Origin: Haplodiscus bocki
Taxonomy: Eukaryota
DNA: 64,000 nt
Assembly: GCA_965655095.1 (NCBI GenBank)
Contig: OZ296648.1
Span: forward strand, 54,374,001-54,438,000
Direction: 5' to 3'
In this document: positions 52,900 through 63,300 of the stretch, piece after piece
Numbering within the stretch: position 1 is the first letter of the stretch
Layout of the letters: the number at the start of each line of letters is the position of its first letter
Made by a program: the position numbers and the translations under genes
Notes under the pieces: model-generated
The model's input: only the letters and a program-made list of their open reading frames with translations
Databases searched by the model: none
What the model was told of the DNA's origin: nothing

Positions 52900-53302
52900 A
52901 CTAAATGTTTGAGAAAAAAGCAGCAACTGTTTTTCAAAAAAGTATGGGACACAAAGACAGTCAGCCCTAAACACAAAATGCGCAATAGAAACACCAGAGT
53001 CCACATAAATGGGAAGATACCTTTTGCAATGTTTCTTTCATGGGTTCAGACACTCCAAGTCGATAAATGCAAGACGGTCGCAAACGTGTTTGCATGATGT
53101 GATAGGTATTACAAGTAGGTCCCAAACAGGTATTTGTTGTTCCAGTTGCACAGAAGTAGCCGATGACTTCCTTGTTGGTCTGCTTTCTCTGAAATGACAA
53201 TATTGAAAATGTTAGGCTGACGAGCTAGCGGAAAACTTTTCCTGCATGTACTCCAAAAACTTGCACTCCAAGTATTCTCACTTCATTATCATAGTTGTCA
53301 AA
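52900..53302 (-). pseudogene. Adenain-type protease pseudogene, copy 17
   Basis: Paralog of copy 12. Confidence 0.8.
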
Positions 53303-53332
53303 TCAATTTCGTCGGTTATCTTCGAGAAATCA

Positions 53333-54465
53333 TTTTAGAATAGAAAAAGACTTTTTCTGAAACTCTTTGGGGCGAAAAGAAAAAATGGTTGAAGAACTTT
53401 TTACCAAGAAAAACATTCACGTATTGAATGCCAAAACGTTCTGGAAGAGCAATCTGAAAAAGATGCATTGGTAAACTCGTGATATAGGTAATCCTGCGAT
53501 GCTTGCTGAGTACTGGTAGGATCCAACACCACCAAGAAATGATTTGAATGATGGCGATCAGCAAAACCATGAACCCGATTCCCAAACGAAAGAGCTTCTA
53601 AAGAAGTAAAGTAGATCGTTTCGTCCGTATCTGTTGTCAACGGTTGACCAGCGATGGGGCCGTCGTTACTAAAAACAGTGGTACTGCTCAACCCGAACTT
53701 TTGGCAGTGAAATGGGGTCGTTCGTTTAGCGCGAAGGAATCCAATAATTTTTGCCATTGCGAGAACTAATTTTCTTATAGGCTGTTCGTTGAAAATGCCT
53801 TCTTGGTGCCAATTATGTACATTAGAAGAAAGTAAAAAAGCTTTTGCTATTGTTTCAGTATAACTACACAATGCTTGCATCTTGGTGAGCGTAGTCTCAA
53901 CGGACATCTAAACAATGTCTGCAATGATCAATTTGCCCACATACTATTCTGGTAAGGTATTGCTAAGTTTGTTATCTTCTGCTTCAATGTCAAAAATCAA
54001 GGTGATTCCGGGCCTGCGGCTCTGAAAAGGTATTCGCAAAGCCACTCCACTCTAGATGTTTGTTCCTGAAAAAAAACATGTGCTACCAATTTTTGAATGA
54101 AAAATAGAACCGATGAATTCTTGCCTTCCGTCTCCTTCTGTATGAAAGGTGATTCTGTGAATTAATTGGTTCCTTTGATTCCGAAAAATTTCCCTGGATT
54201 CCCTTAAAGGGTCATTAGGTTCCTGGTTGTGAGAAACTTCTGTTTCAGTAAAAGCTTTGTGTGCTTAATTTCCGTTTGCAGAGCAAGATTTTATCCAACT
54301 TGCCCTTATAATGCCATCGCAAAAAAAACAACGAAGGGAGCGCGCTTCTCAAAAATACTGGCGTAATGCTGTTTGCATCAGTTTTAGCGTTGTGAGCCAA
54401 ATATGTACCACCTGATTTGTTAATTTTGAACTTTAGCTCCAGGTAAATGTTTTGTAGATCAACAA
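53333..54465 (-). pseudogene. Major capsid protein pseudogene, copy 17
   Basis: Fragment 53401-53907 (SVETTLTKMQAL.SYTETI..TTPFHCQKFGLSS). Confidence 0.88.
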
Positions 54466-54712
54466 GACTACTCCGACGATGAACAACGCTGATTTGCTGT
54501 AATTAATTGAAAGATGTGCGTTGACATTCGTTAACATAACCAAACAATGGCTGAACGAGAGACTCCAAGTAAAAGTAGATCACTACGGGAGAAAAGCAAA
54601 ATGATGCTATTTTTTAAATTCGACTTCAAGCAAAGTGAAAAGTTGCCACACAAGAACCTACCAAAAACGTTTTTGGTACCTTTTTCCATGAGACAAGAAC
54701 GAGAACCGTGGA

Positions 54713-55450
54713 TTAAATATAATGAAACTTTTGGCTAACGTCCACTTGCAATAAGTCCACGTCGATATCGCCCTCGGCCTGCTTCGATACTCATGGGTAC
54801 AAAACATTTATCAATGCAGCGGCAAACAATCTTTCGGTAAAGTAGTGTTTCCAAGCGAGGCATTCGACCGAAATCCAACGGCATTGAAACTTTCCGTTCA
54901 AATATTGCGCCAGGAGATTCCGAATCGGACATGTATCGGAGTTTGATAGATTCCGATGACTGTCGCAGCAGGCGACAAAGAGGAAAGGTCCTGAAGAATA
55001 CGTATGTTTTATAGTAAATTTGAGGAGTCCATATTGGTGATTTTGGTAGAAATGATGATCCAGACATCGGTTCAAATGTAACAAATCTAACATCAACATA
55101 TTAAGTGGTCCAAAAACCAACAAATTCGGGACATCCGAAAACGAGTAGGGTAAGGAAAACTTTGGCTACCATTGCGAAAAATTCTGAATGTGAGACCCTA
55201 GCTTCATAAACAGTCTGCATGTGCTATCGTGGAAAAGGTCCTTTTATTGTTTATATGGCATGATAACATCAACTTTTGCCACACATTTTAATTTCCGAGC
55301 AAGGTAAATTACTTTCTCCGCAACCAAACTAACGAAAGGGGACCTTAGATCCAAAATCATAGGAAGTATAACCCTTTGTTGGTTAAATCTTGTCAGTTGT
55401 TCAAATTTCTCAAACAGTATTTCTAATTGGAACGAATCTAGTTGCTTCAC
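54713..55450 (-). pseudogene. Uncharacterised gene C pseudogene (representative of right-hand subfamily)
   Basis: ORF fragments 55244-55450 and 54735-55067; paralog of 1651-2385. Confidence 0.55.
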
Positions 55451-55454
55451 TGTC

Positions 55455-56209
55455 CTATTGCTTGACCGAACTCTTGCCGTACCAAAATTTGGTTAGAATT
55501 ATGTTTCCGCTGGCATAGACAGCTCCGACCGTCGCATCAAAGTCAGATATAAACGATTAGTTCTCTTCGAATGCGTATTTGAGTTTCGAAAATGATATTC
55601 TTTCCCCCGCCTTGTTTACGTTTGAGAAATGATAACATGCTGTATGAACAACCACCTGTACCTGTCTCAGTTCAACCATCTCCACCATCTCTATCTTTCC
55701 AGTCTAAATTGTTAGCCTTCTAAACTTTAAACTAATTTTTTAAAGTCTGCGTCCAATATGGCTTTGAGCCATACTCAAACTGGAACATCAGGATGTGTTC
55801 GTCTGAACATAATTTGCTCTGAGGGCCGCTTTCACCCAGATTTGTTCAGAACATCTTCTATAGAATCAGAGTCAAACACGCGAAAATCGTTCAATTGTTC
55901 TTGGAAGCTTCAATAAAGGCAGGAATGATCGAATTAGGAAATTGGCTGACTTTGCATCATTTACAAGACTTTACGAGGAAGAGGGGCAAAGAGAATATGT
56001 AAAAATCCAGCCGATTTCTCACAACTCTAGGAACCCGGCTACGTGGACGAAAGTGCAAATTTCGTTTGCAATCTGAATCAAGTTTACTAACGTTTCTAAT
56101 TTTCTCCCCAACTGTATACTCTAAACTTCAACCTAGGCTTTTCTTTACAAAATATGTTTTCAACAAAAGAATTTTTAGAAAAATTACTCAAAAACTCGAA
56201 AATTAGCAT
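55455..56209 (-). pseudogene. Uncharacterised gene B pseudogene (representative of right-hand subfamily)
   Basis: Candidate ATG at 56209 (MLIFEFLSNFSKNSFVEN..) immediately after the protease; paralog of 2390-3146. Confidence 0.5.
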
Positions 56210-56224
56210 ACTAACGGGAATCAA

Positions 56225-56628
56225 ACTAAAGGTTTGAGAAAAAAGCAGCAACTCGTTTTCAATGAAGTATGGGACACAAAGACGGTCAGCCCTAAACACA
56301 TAATGTGCAATAGAAACCAAAGAGTCCACATAATAGGGAAGATACCTTTTGCAATGGTTCTTTCACGGGTTCAAACACTCCAAGCCGATAAATGCAAGAC
56401 GGTCGCAAACGTGTTTGCATGATTTCATAGGTAATACAAGTAGGTCCCAAACAGGTATTTGTTGTTTCAGTTGGACAGAAGTAGCCGATGGCTTCCTTGT
56501 TGGTCTGCTTTCTCTGAAATGACAATACTGAAAGTGTTAGGCTTACGAGCTAGCGGAAAACTTTTCCTGCATGTACTCCAAAAAACTTGCACTCCAAGTA
56601 TTCGCACTTCATTATCATCGTTGTCAAA
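56225..56628 (-). pseudogene. Adenain-type protease pseudogene, copy 18
   Basis: ..EPLQKVSSLLCGLF. Confidence 0.8.
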
Positions 56629-56658
56629 TCAATTTCGTCGGTCATCTTCCAGAATTCA

Positions 56659-57789
56659 TTTCAGAATAGAAAAAGACTTTCTTTGAAACTCTTTGGGGCG
56701 AAAAGAAAAAACGGTTGAAGAATTTTTTACCAAGAAAAACATTCACGTATTGAATGCCAAAACGTTCTAGAAGAGCAATCTGAAAAAGATGCATTGGTAA
56801 ACTCGTGATATAGGTAATCCTGCGATGCTTGCTGAGTACTGGTAGGATCCAACACCACCAGTAAATGATTTGAATGATGGCAATCAGCAAAACCATGACC
56901 ACGATTCCCAAACGAAAGAGCTTCTAAAGAAGTAAAGTAGATCGTTTCGTCCGTATCTGTTGTCAACGGTTCACCAGCGATGGGGCAGTCGTTACTAAAA
57001 ACAGTGGTACTGCTCAACCCCAACTTTTGGCAGTGAAATGGGGTCGTTCGTTTAGCGCGAAAGAATCCAATAATTTTTGCCATTGCGAGAACTAATTTTC
57101 TTATAGGCTGTTCGTTGAAAATGCCTTCTTGGTGCCAATTCTGTACATTTGAAGAAAGTAAAAAAGCTTTTGGTATTGTTTCAGTATAACTACACAATGC
57201 TTGCATCTTGGTAAGCGTAGTCTCAACGGAAATCAAAACAATATCTGCAACTATCAATTTGCCCACATACTATTTTGGTAAGGTATTGCTAAGTTTGTTA
57301 TCTTCTGCTTCAATGTCAAAAATCAAGGTGATTCCTGGCCTGCGGCTCTGAAAAGATATTCGCAAAGCAACTCCACTCTAGATGTTTGTTCCTGAAAAAA
57401 AAACATGTGCTACAAAGTTTTGAATGAAAATTAGAACCGATGAAATCTTGATCTCCGTCTCCTACTGTATGAAAGGTGACTCTGTGAAACAATTGGTTCC
57501 TTTGATTCCTAAAAACTTCCCCTGGATTCCCTTAAAGTGTCATTAGGTTCCTAGTTGTGAGAGACTTGTTTCAGTAAAAGCTTTGTGTGCCTAATTTCCG
57601 TTTGCAGAGCAAGATTTTATCCAACTTGCCCTTATAATGCCATCGCAAAAAACAACGAATGGAGCGCGCTTCTCAAAAATACTGGCGTAATGCTGTTTGC
57701 ATCAGTTTTAGCGTTGTGAGGCAAATACGTACCATCTGATTTGCTATTTTTGCACTTTAGCTCCAGGTAAATGTTTTGTAGATCAACAA
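56659..57789 (-). pseudogene. Major capsid protein pseudogene, copy 18
   Basis: Fragment 56727-57266, 179 aa open (GKLIVADIVLISVETTLTK..TTPFHCQKLGLSS..DYLYHEFTNAS). Confidence 0.88.
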
Positions 57790-59302
57790 GACTACTTCGA
57801 CGATGAACAACGCTGATTTGCTGTAATTATTTGAAAAATGTGCGTTGACATTCGTTAACATAACCAAACAATGGCTGAACGAGAGACTCCAAGTAAAAGT
57901 AGATCACTATGGGAGAAAAGCAAAGTGATGCTATTTTTTAAATTCGACTTCAAGCAAAGTGAAAAGGTGCGACACAAGATCCTACCGAAGAATTTTTCGG
58001 TACCTTTTTCTATGAGACAAGAATGAGAACCGTGGATTAAATATAAAGAAACTCTTGGCTATCGCCCACTTGCAATAAGTCCATGTCAATATCGCCCTCG
58101 GCCTGCTTCAATACTCATGGGTACTCATTTTGGTAGAAATGACGATCCACATATCGGTTCAAATGTAACAAATCTAACATCAACATATTAAGTGGTCCAA
58201 AAACCAAAAAGTTCGGGACATCCGAAAACGAGTAGGGTAAAGAAAACTTTGGCTACGATTGCGAAAAATTTTGAATGTGAGACCCTAGCTTCATAAACGG
58301 TCTGCATGTGCTATCGTGGAAAAGGTGCTTTTATTGTTTATATGGCGTGATAACATCAATTTTTGCCAAACATTTTAATTTCCGAGCAAGGTTTTTTGCT
58401 TTCTCCCTAACCAAACTAACGAAAAGAGACCATAGATCCAAATTCAAAGGAAGCAAAACCCTTTGTTGGCTAAATCTTATCATTTGTTTAATTTTCTCAA
58501 ACATTATTTCTAATTGGAGCGACTACAGTTGCTTCATTGTCCTATTGCTTGACCGAACTCTTGCTGTACCAAAACTTGGTTAGAATTATGTTTCCGCTGG
58601 CATAGACAACTCCGACCGTTGCTTCAAAGTCAGATATAAAAGATGAGTTCTCTTCGAATGCGTAATTGAGTTTCGAAAATGATATTCTTTCCCCCGCTTT
58701 GTTTACGTTTGAGAATTGATAACATGCTGTATGAACAACCACCTCTACCTGTCTCAGTTCAACCAACTCCATCTTTCCAGTCTAAATTGTTAGCCTTCTA
58801 AAGTCTAAACAAAATTTTTGAAGTCTGCGTCCAATATGGCTTTCAGCCATATTCAAACTGGAACATCAGGATGTGTCCGTCTGAACAAATTTTGCTCTGA
58901 GGCCCTCTTTCACCCAGACTTGTTCAGAACATCTTCTATAGAATCAAAGTCAAACACGCGAAAATCGTTCAATTGTTCTTGGAAGCTTCATAAAAGGCAG
59001 GAATGATTGAATTAGGAAAATGGCTGACTTTGCATCATTTACAAGACTTCACGAGGAAGAGGGGCGAAGAGAATATGTGGAAATCCAGCCGATTTCTCAC
59101 AACTCTAGGAACCCAGCTACGTGCACGAAAGAGCAAATTTCGTTTGCAATCTGAATCATGATTAATAACGTTTCTAATTCTCTCCCCAACTGCATACTCC
59201 AAACTTCAACCTAGGCTTTTCTTTAAAAAATGTGTTTTCAACAGAAGAACTTTTAGAAAAATTACTCAAAAATTCGAGAATTAGCATACAAACGGGAATC
59301 AA

Positions 59303-59706
59303 ACAAAATGTCTGAGAAAAAAGCGGCAACTCTTTTTCAATGAAGTATGGGACACAGAGACAGTCATCCCTAAACACATAATGCGCAATAGAAACACAAG
59401 AGTCCACATAAATGGGAAGATACCTTTTGCAATGGTTCTTTCATGGGTTCAGACACTCCAAGTCGATAAATGCAAGACGGTCGCAAACGTGTTTGCATGA
59501 TGTCATAGGTAATACAAGTAGGTCCCAAACAGGTATTTGTTGTTTCAGTTGCACAGAAGTAGCCGATGACTTCCTTGTTGATCTGCTTTCTCTGAAATGA
59601 CAATATTGAAAGTGATAGACTTACGAGCTAGCGGAAAACTTTTTCTGCATGTACTCCAAAAAACTTGCACTCCAAGTATTCGCACTTCAATATCATCGTT
59701 GTCAAA
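59303..59706 (-). pseudogene. Adenain-type protease pseudogene, copy 19
   Basis: ..EPLQKVSSHLCGLLCFY. Confidence 0.8.
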
Positions 59707-60864
59707 TCAATTTCGTCGGTCATCTTCGAGAATTCATTCTAGAGTATAAAAAGACTTTCTTTGAAACTCTTTGGGGCGAAAAGAAAAAATGGTTGTAGGA
59801 TTTTTTACCAAGAAAAACATTCACGTATTGAATGCCAAAACGTTCTAGAAGAGCAATCTGAAAAAGATGCATTGGTAAACCCGTGATATAGGTAATCCTG
59901 TGATGCTTGCTGAGTACTGGTAGGATCCAACACCACCAGGAAATGATTTGAATGATGGCAATCAGCAAAACCATGACCACGATTCCCAAACGAAAGAGCT
60001 TCTAAAGAAGTAAAGTAGATCGTTTCGTCCGTATCTGTTGTCAACGGTTCACCAGCGATGGGGCAGTCGTTACTAAAAACAGTGGTACTGCTCAACCCCA
60101 ACTTTTGGCAGTGAAATCGGGTCGTTCGTTTAAGGCGAAGGAATCCAATAATTTTTGCCATTGCGAGAACTAATTTTCTTATAGGCTGTTCGTTGAAAAT
60201 GCCTTGTTGGTGCCGATTATGTGCATTAGAAGAAAGGAAAAAAGCTTTTGGTATTGTTTCAGTTTAACTACACAATGCTGGCATCTTGGTAAGCGTAGTC
60301 TCAACGGAAATGTGAACGATGTCTGCAACTATCGCTTTGCCCAAATACTAATTTGCTAAGGTATTACCAAGTTTGTTATTTTCTGCTTCAATGTCAAAAA
60401 TCAAGGTGATTCCCGGCCTGCGGCTCTGAAAAGATATTCTTAAAGCAACTCCACTCTAGATGTTTGTTTCTGAAAAAAACATGTGCTACAATTTTTTGAA
60501 AGAAAATTAGAACCGATGAATTCTTGCTTTCCGTCTCCTTCTGTATGAAAGGTGATCCTGTGAATTAATTGGTTCCTTTGATTCCTAAAAATTTCCCCTG
60601 GATTCCCTTAAAGTGTCATTAGGTTCCTGGTTGTGAGAAACTTCTATTTCAGTAAACCCTTTGTGTGCTTAATTTCCGTTTGCAGAGCAAGATTTTATCC
60701 AAATTGCCCTTATAATGCTATCGCAAAAAACGAATGGAGCGCGCTTCTCAAAAATACTGGCGTAAGGCTGTTTGCATCAGTTTCAGCGTTATGAGCCAAA
60801 TATGTACCATCTGTTTCGTCAATTTTGCACTTTAATTCCAGGTGAATGTTTTGTAGATCAACAA

Positions 60865-61511
60865 GACGACCGGCTACCACCGGCATTTTTTGTGCATTCC
60901 CAATTTGGTACAGATGCAATTTTAGAAGATAAAATCGTTTTTTCCTCGAAAAAAAACACTTTCTCTTCATCACATTTTCAAATTTTTCCAACGTTCAAAG
61001 TTTTCTGTTTTTTTTCCAAAAAACCTCATAATGAGGTCGGAAACGAGATTTTCAAGAATCATTACCATTTGATACTCACTCTGCAGCAAATTCACGAGCT
61101 TTATCGATTGAAAAGAACTCGAGGAATTTCTCAAAACAAACCCATCTATTTCCTAAAAATACGATAAAATTTGATCGTTTTGAGGATTCTTACTATCCCA
61201 GTCGCATTTTACGGCAAATTTGCTACCTTTGGCGATTCTTAAGAAACGCTAGATTTCTTTTGAAAAACCCATTATTGTTTTCTAGAAAACCCCAAATTTT
61301 GAACGTTTTGAGAATTCTGACCAATTCAATCGCATTCTACGGAAAATTTCCTACAGCTTGATGGAAAAATAATTTCACGTTCAGATGTGAACAAAAACGG
61401 CAATGTTGGCGTGAACGCAATTGGCCAACATCGGGTTGAAAAAACGTCAGAAATGTTGCATCTGAGAGGAAGATTTCGCTTCCATATTTATTTTATGGCG
61501 CGAAATAAAAA
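60865..61511. mobile_element. ~650-bp non-coding insertion (unclassified non-autonomous element)
   Basis: Interrupts MCP exactly between GATCAACAA and AGTTGGTTCGATC (uninterrupted copies read GATCAATAAAATTGGTTCAATC). AT-rich, with two internal ~125-bp degenerate repeats and an A-rich right end. Confidence 0.8.
61131..61365 (+). repeat. Two degenerate ~125-bp direct repeats inside the insertion
   Basis: aaatttgatcgttttgaggattcttactatcccagtcgcatttacggcaaatttgctac versus aaattttgaacgttttgagaattctgaccaattcaatcgcattctacggaaaatttcctac. Confidence 0.75.
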
Positions 61512-61671
61512 AGTTGGTTCGATCAGCTGCAACTCTGAACTCCAGTGTTCGACAATTGGAGAATGAACGGGGTCAAACTTGCTCGAAGTATGTATCAAAA
61601 GCCATCAGCAGAATACGTTCTTGGAGTATAATATCGAGTGAGCTAAGACGCCTATACAAACAAAACAGCAG

Positions 61672-62021
61672 CCAACATTTTTGACTCTTGTAAAAAACCG
61701 ACCGACTTCTCTGTCACTAAAAATTGCCTTCAATGACTTTGCGTTCTCATTTTGGTGATCCACCCACTGTCTTCTCGACAAGATTTCGTACTGCTGACTT
61801 TGCAGCTTGTCCCCTTGTCTGACGCAACTTCAACCAATTCTGGTACATTTCGCGCCAACAACTGTGCCAATTGATTTGACTGCGTTGAGCAGAAAAACTT
61901 TGGCGAGCGGTACAGCTACCCGATCAACACCTACTGCTATTGACCCAAAACCACTTCTTGTCTGTCTCACGTGACGATTGAATCGACGTAAAACAGCTTG
62001 TTGCGGAAAACAATGCTCTAT
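61672..62021 (-). pseudogene. Small basic Polinton/adintovirus core-like gene (Q-x-G-x-G motif) pseudogene
   Basis: (ATA)EHCFPQQAVLRRFNRHVRQTRSGFGSIAVGVDRVAVPLAKVFLLNAVKSIGT../ELVEVASDKGQAAKSAVRNLVEKTVGG..FFTRVKN. Resembles the 'YxxQ...F.G..RQRG.G.G...R...P' gene lying between minor and major capsid genes in animal Polintons. Confidence 0.65.
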
Positions 62022-62024
62022 TTT

Positions 62025-62860
62025 AAAACTTATTTGGATTTTCTTGTTGAAGCAACCCTTCCAGTACCAACAAACGGAACTTTTTGACCAGTAAATATAA
62101 CAAACTAACGAGGTTCATCAATGCTGCTGGTAAATAGCTTTTTGATATGGAGTTCCGGAAAAATTCGATAAATTGTTGTTAATTTAATTTCAAGGCTGCC
62201 GTTCGACACCCTTCTTTGATTATCACGGATCCGCAACAACGGCGACTACACATGTGCAACATGTTGTTCTTCAATGATATGCGTGTTTGCAAAAAACATG
62301 TTTTTTCCAGCCGTAAGATGTGGAGGATATTCATTGAAAATTGATTGATTTTTGTTGCCATATTCATTATGGTTGCCCACAAGGAAACCTCCTTCTCAGT
62401 GCTTGTCCGGCTCGCTTTTGAACTCCGAGACATCTAGAATACTGCGGTCAGAGACACTAACGCCATAAGTTTCCCGAAACACAAGAAACACTTGCCCTTT
62501 GTCGTTGACTGGACCCAACTCGAAAGGTTTAAAGAACGGATTGCCACTTCAATCACTTCCAGGATGTCTTCTGCTGTTTAGTATTCACCAGCAGACAATT
62601 CCAAATTGTTTTACCAGCACTCGCGCGATACCACAAGAATCTGATGTGTAACATGTTTGCATTGCACATTCGGAGTGTTTGTGAAAAAGTCGTTTGTTGC
62701 AATGTTCTCAAAGCAGGTAGTGAATATGATTTCAGTCAAAACCACACGCCGATCATCTAGTTGAATTGCTTTTGCAGGCATATAGCGAAAGACAGCCATT
62801 GTGTTTTCGCGGTAAACATTGAACTGGTAGATTCAAAAAGAATGGTGAATTCAACTTTTT
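62025..62860 (-). pseudogene. Minor capsid protein (penton-like) pseudogene
   Basis: N-terminus EFTILFESTSSM/NVYRENTMAVFRYMPAKAIQLDDRRVVLTEIIF (cf. F...L.S..S...F..N....F...L...I.L.G.W.VAL.EI.F). C-terminus YPPHLTAGKNMFFANTHIIEEQHVAHV*SPLLRI..TGQKVPFVGTGRV (cf. Y.DII..Q.VG....PLLR..G..IPF..G). Confidence 0.82.
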
Positions 62861-63300
62861 ACTTTTGTTATTTAGGGTTCCAGAGAATATCCTTTGATTC
62901 CTCCTTCCTCGTCCTTCAAATTATAAAATGGTGGATTGGCTAAGGCAAATTTAGTGAAGCTCGTCAGTAAAATTTGGTTTGTAGCCTTGTGTGCAAAGCA
63001 AATCTTTTTTCATTATTCGAAATTTATTACCAAAGGCGAACATTGGGTCGCTGACAGACCTAACCGACTGATCTGCAGTTAGAGAAAAAAATGCGATTCA
63101 ACCTGCCTTGCAACTTTGTTTGGCAATAAGGGAGTAGCACGGTTAACTCTGCAATTGATGGTGTCCAGAAATGACCGCAATCTGTCCATTTAATGGTACG
63201 TTCATTCGTTTTCTAAATGCTTGTGTATATTATTTTTAGGCGACCGAACAAAAAGCTCAGCAAATGCAAATTTTTCTTCACTAGTTGCTGTTTGTGTCTA
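62860..63300 (-). pseudogene. Retroviral-type (rve/c-integrase) integrase pseudogene, C-terminal half
   Basis: KFAFAELFVRSPKNNIHKHLENE*TYH*MDRLRSFLDTINCRVNRATPLLPNKV..PMFAFGNKFRIMKKDLLCTQGYKPNFTDE../NPPFYNLKDEEGGIKGYSLEP. Matches the Polinton integrase AER..RTLK, PKF..GD.VRI..F.KGY..N.T.E and P.TY.L.D..G..I.G.FY..EL motifs. Confidence 0.82.

Larger units (their letters stand above)
1..60864 (-). repeat. Tandem array (macrosatellite) of a 3.1-3.45 kb Polinton-derived unit, 19 MCP copies, open at left edge
   Basis: The same MCP anchor codon (M[T/A]K[I/F][I/F]GF) recurs at 592, 4014, 7300, 10586, 14025, 17314, 20764, 24217, 27514, 30806, 34252, 37669, 40984, 44082, 47368, 50466, 53757, 57083 and 60161. 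Periods are 3078-3453 bp, all head-to-tail with no spacer. Confidence 0.98.
59737..61678 (-). pseudogene. Major capsid protein pseudogene, terminal (parental) copy with native 5' end, split by an insertion at 60865-61511
   Basis: ORF 60710-60991 ends ..VDLQNIHLELKCKIDETDGTYLAHNAETDANSLTPVFLRSALHSFF. The frame resumes across the insertion with SSLDIILQERILLMAFDTYFEQV/..NCRTLEFRVAADRTN (61512-61650). Candidate ATG at 61678. Confidence 0.85.
1..63300 (-). mobile_element. Degenerate endogenous Polinton/Maverick (adintovirus-like) element with internally amplified capsid module
   Basis: Co-oriented remnants of integrase, minor capsid, core-like protein, major capsid and adenain-type protease, the hallmark Polinton gene set. 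pPolB, packaging ATPase and TIRs are not seen in the window. Confidence 0.88.

Noticed and set aside
219-60161. The many 60-190 aa ORFs of the track as functional CDSs
   Set aside because: They are frameshifted pieces or off-frame shadows of the same four pseudogenes; their starts and ends vary from copy to copy.
1-60864. CRISPR array, or bacterial prophage/gene amplification
   Set aside because: Units are >3 kb with no unique spacers or cas genes, no intact genes exist, and the gene content is of eukaryotic Polinton type.
60772-61167. 131-aa plus-strand ORF
   Set aside because: Chimeric across the MCP/insertion border, with low-complexity F/K-rich translation of AT-rich DNA.
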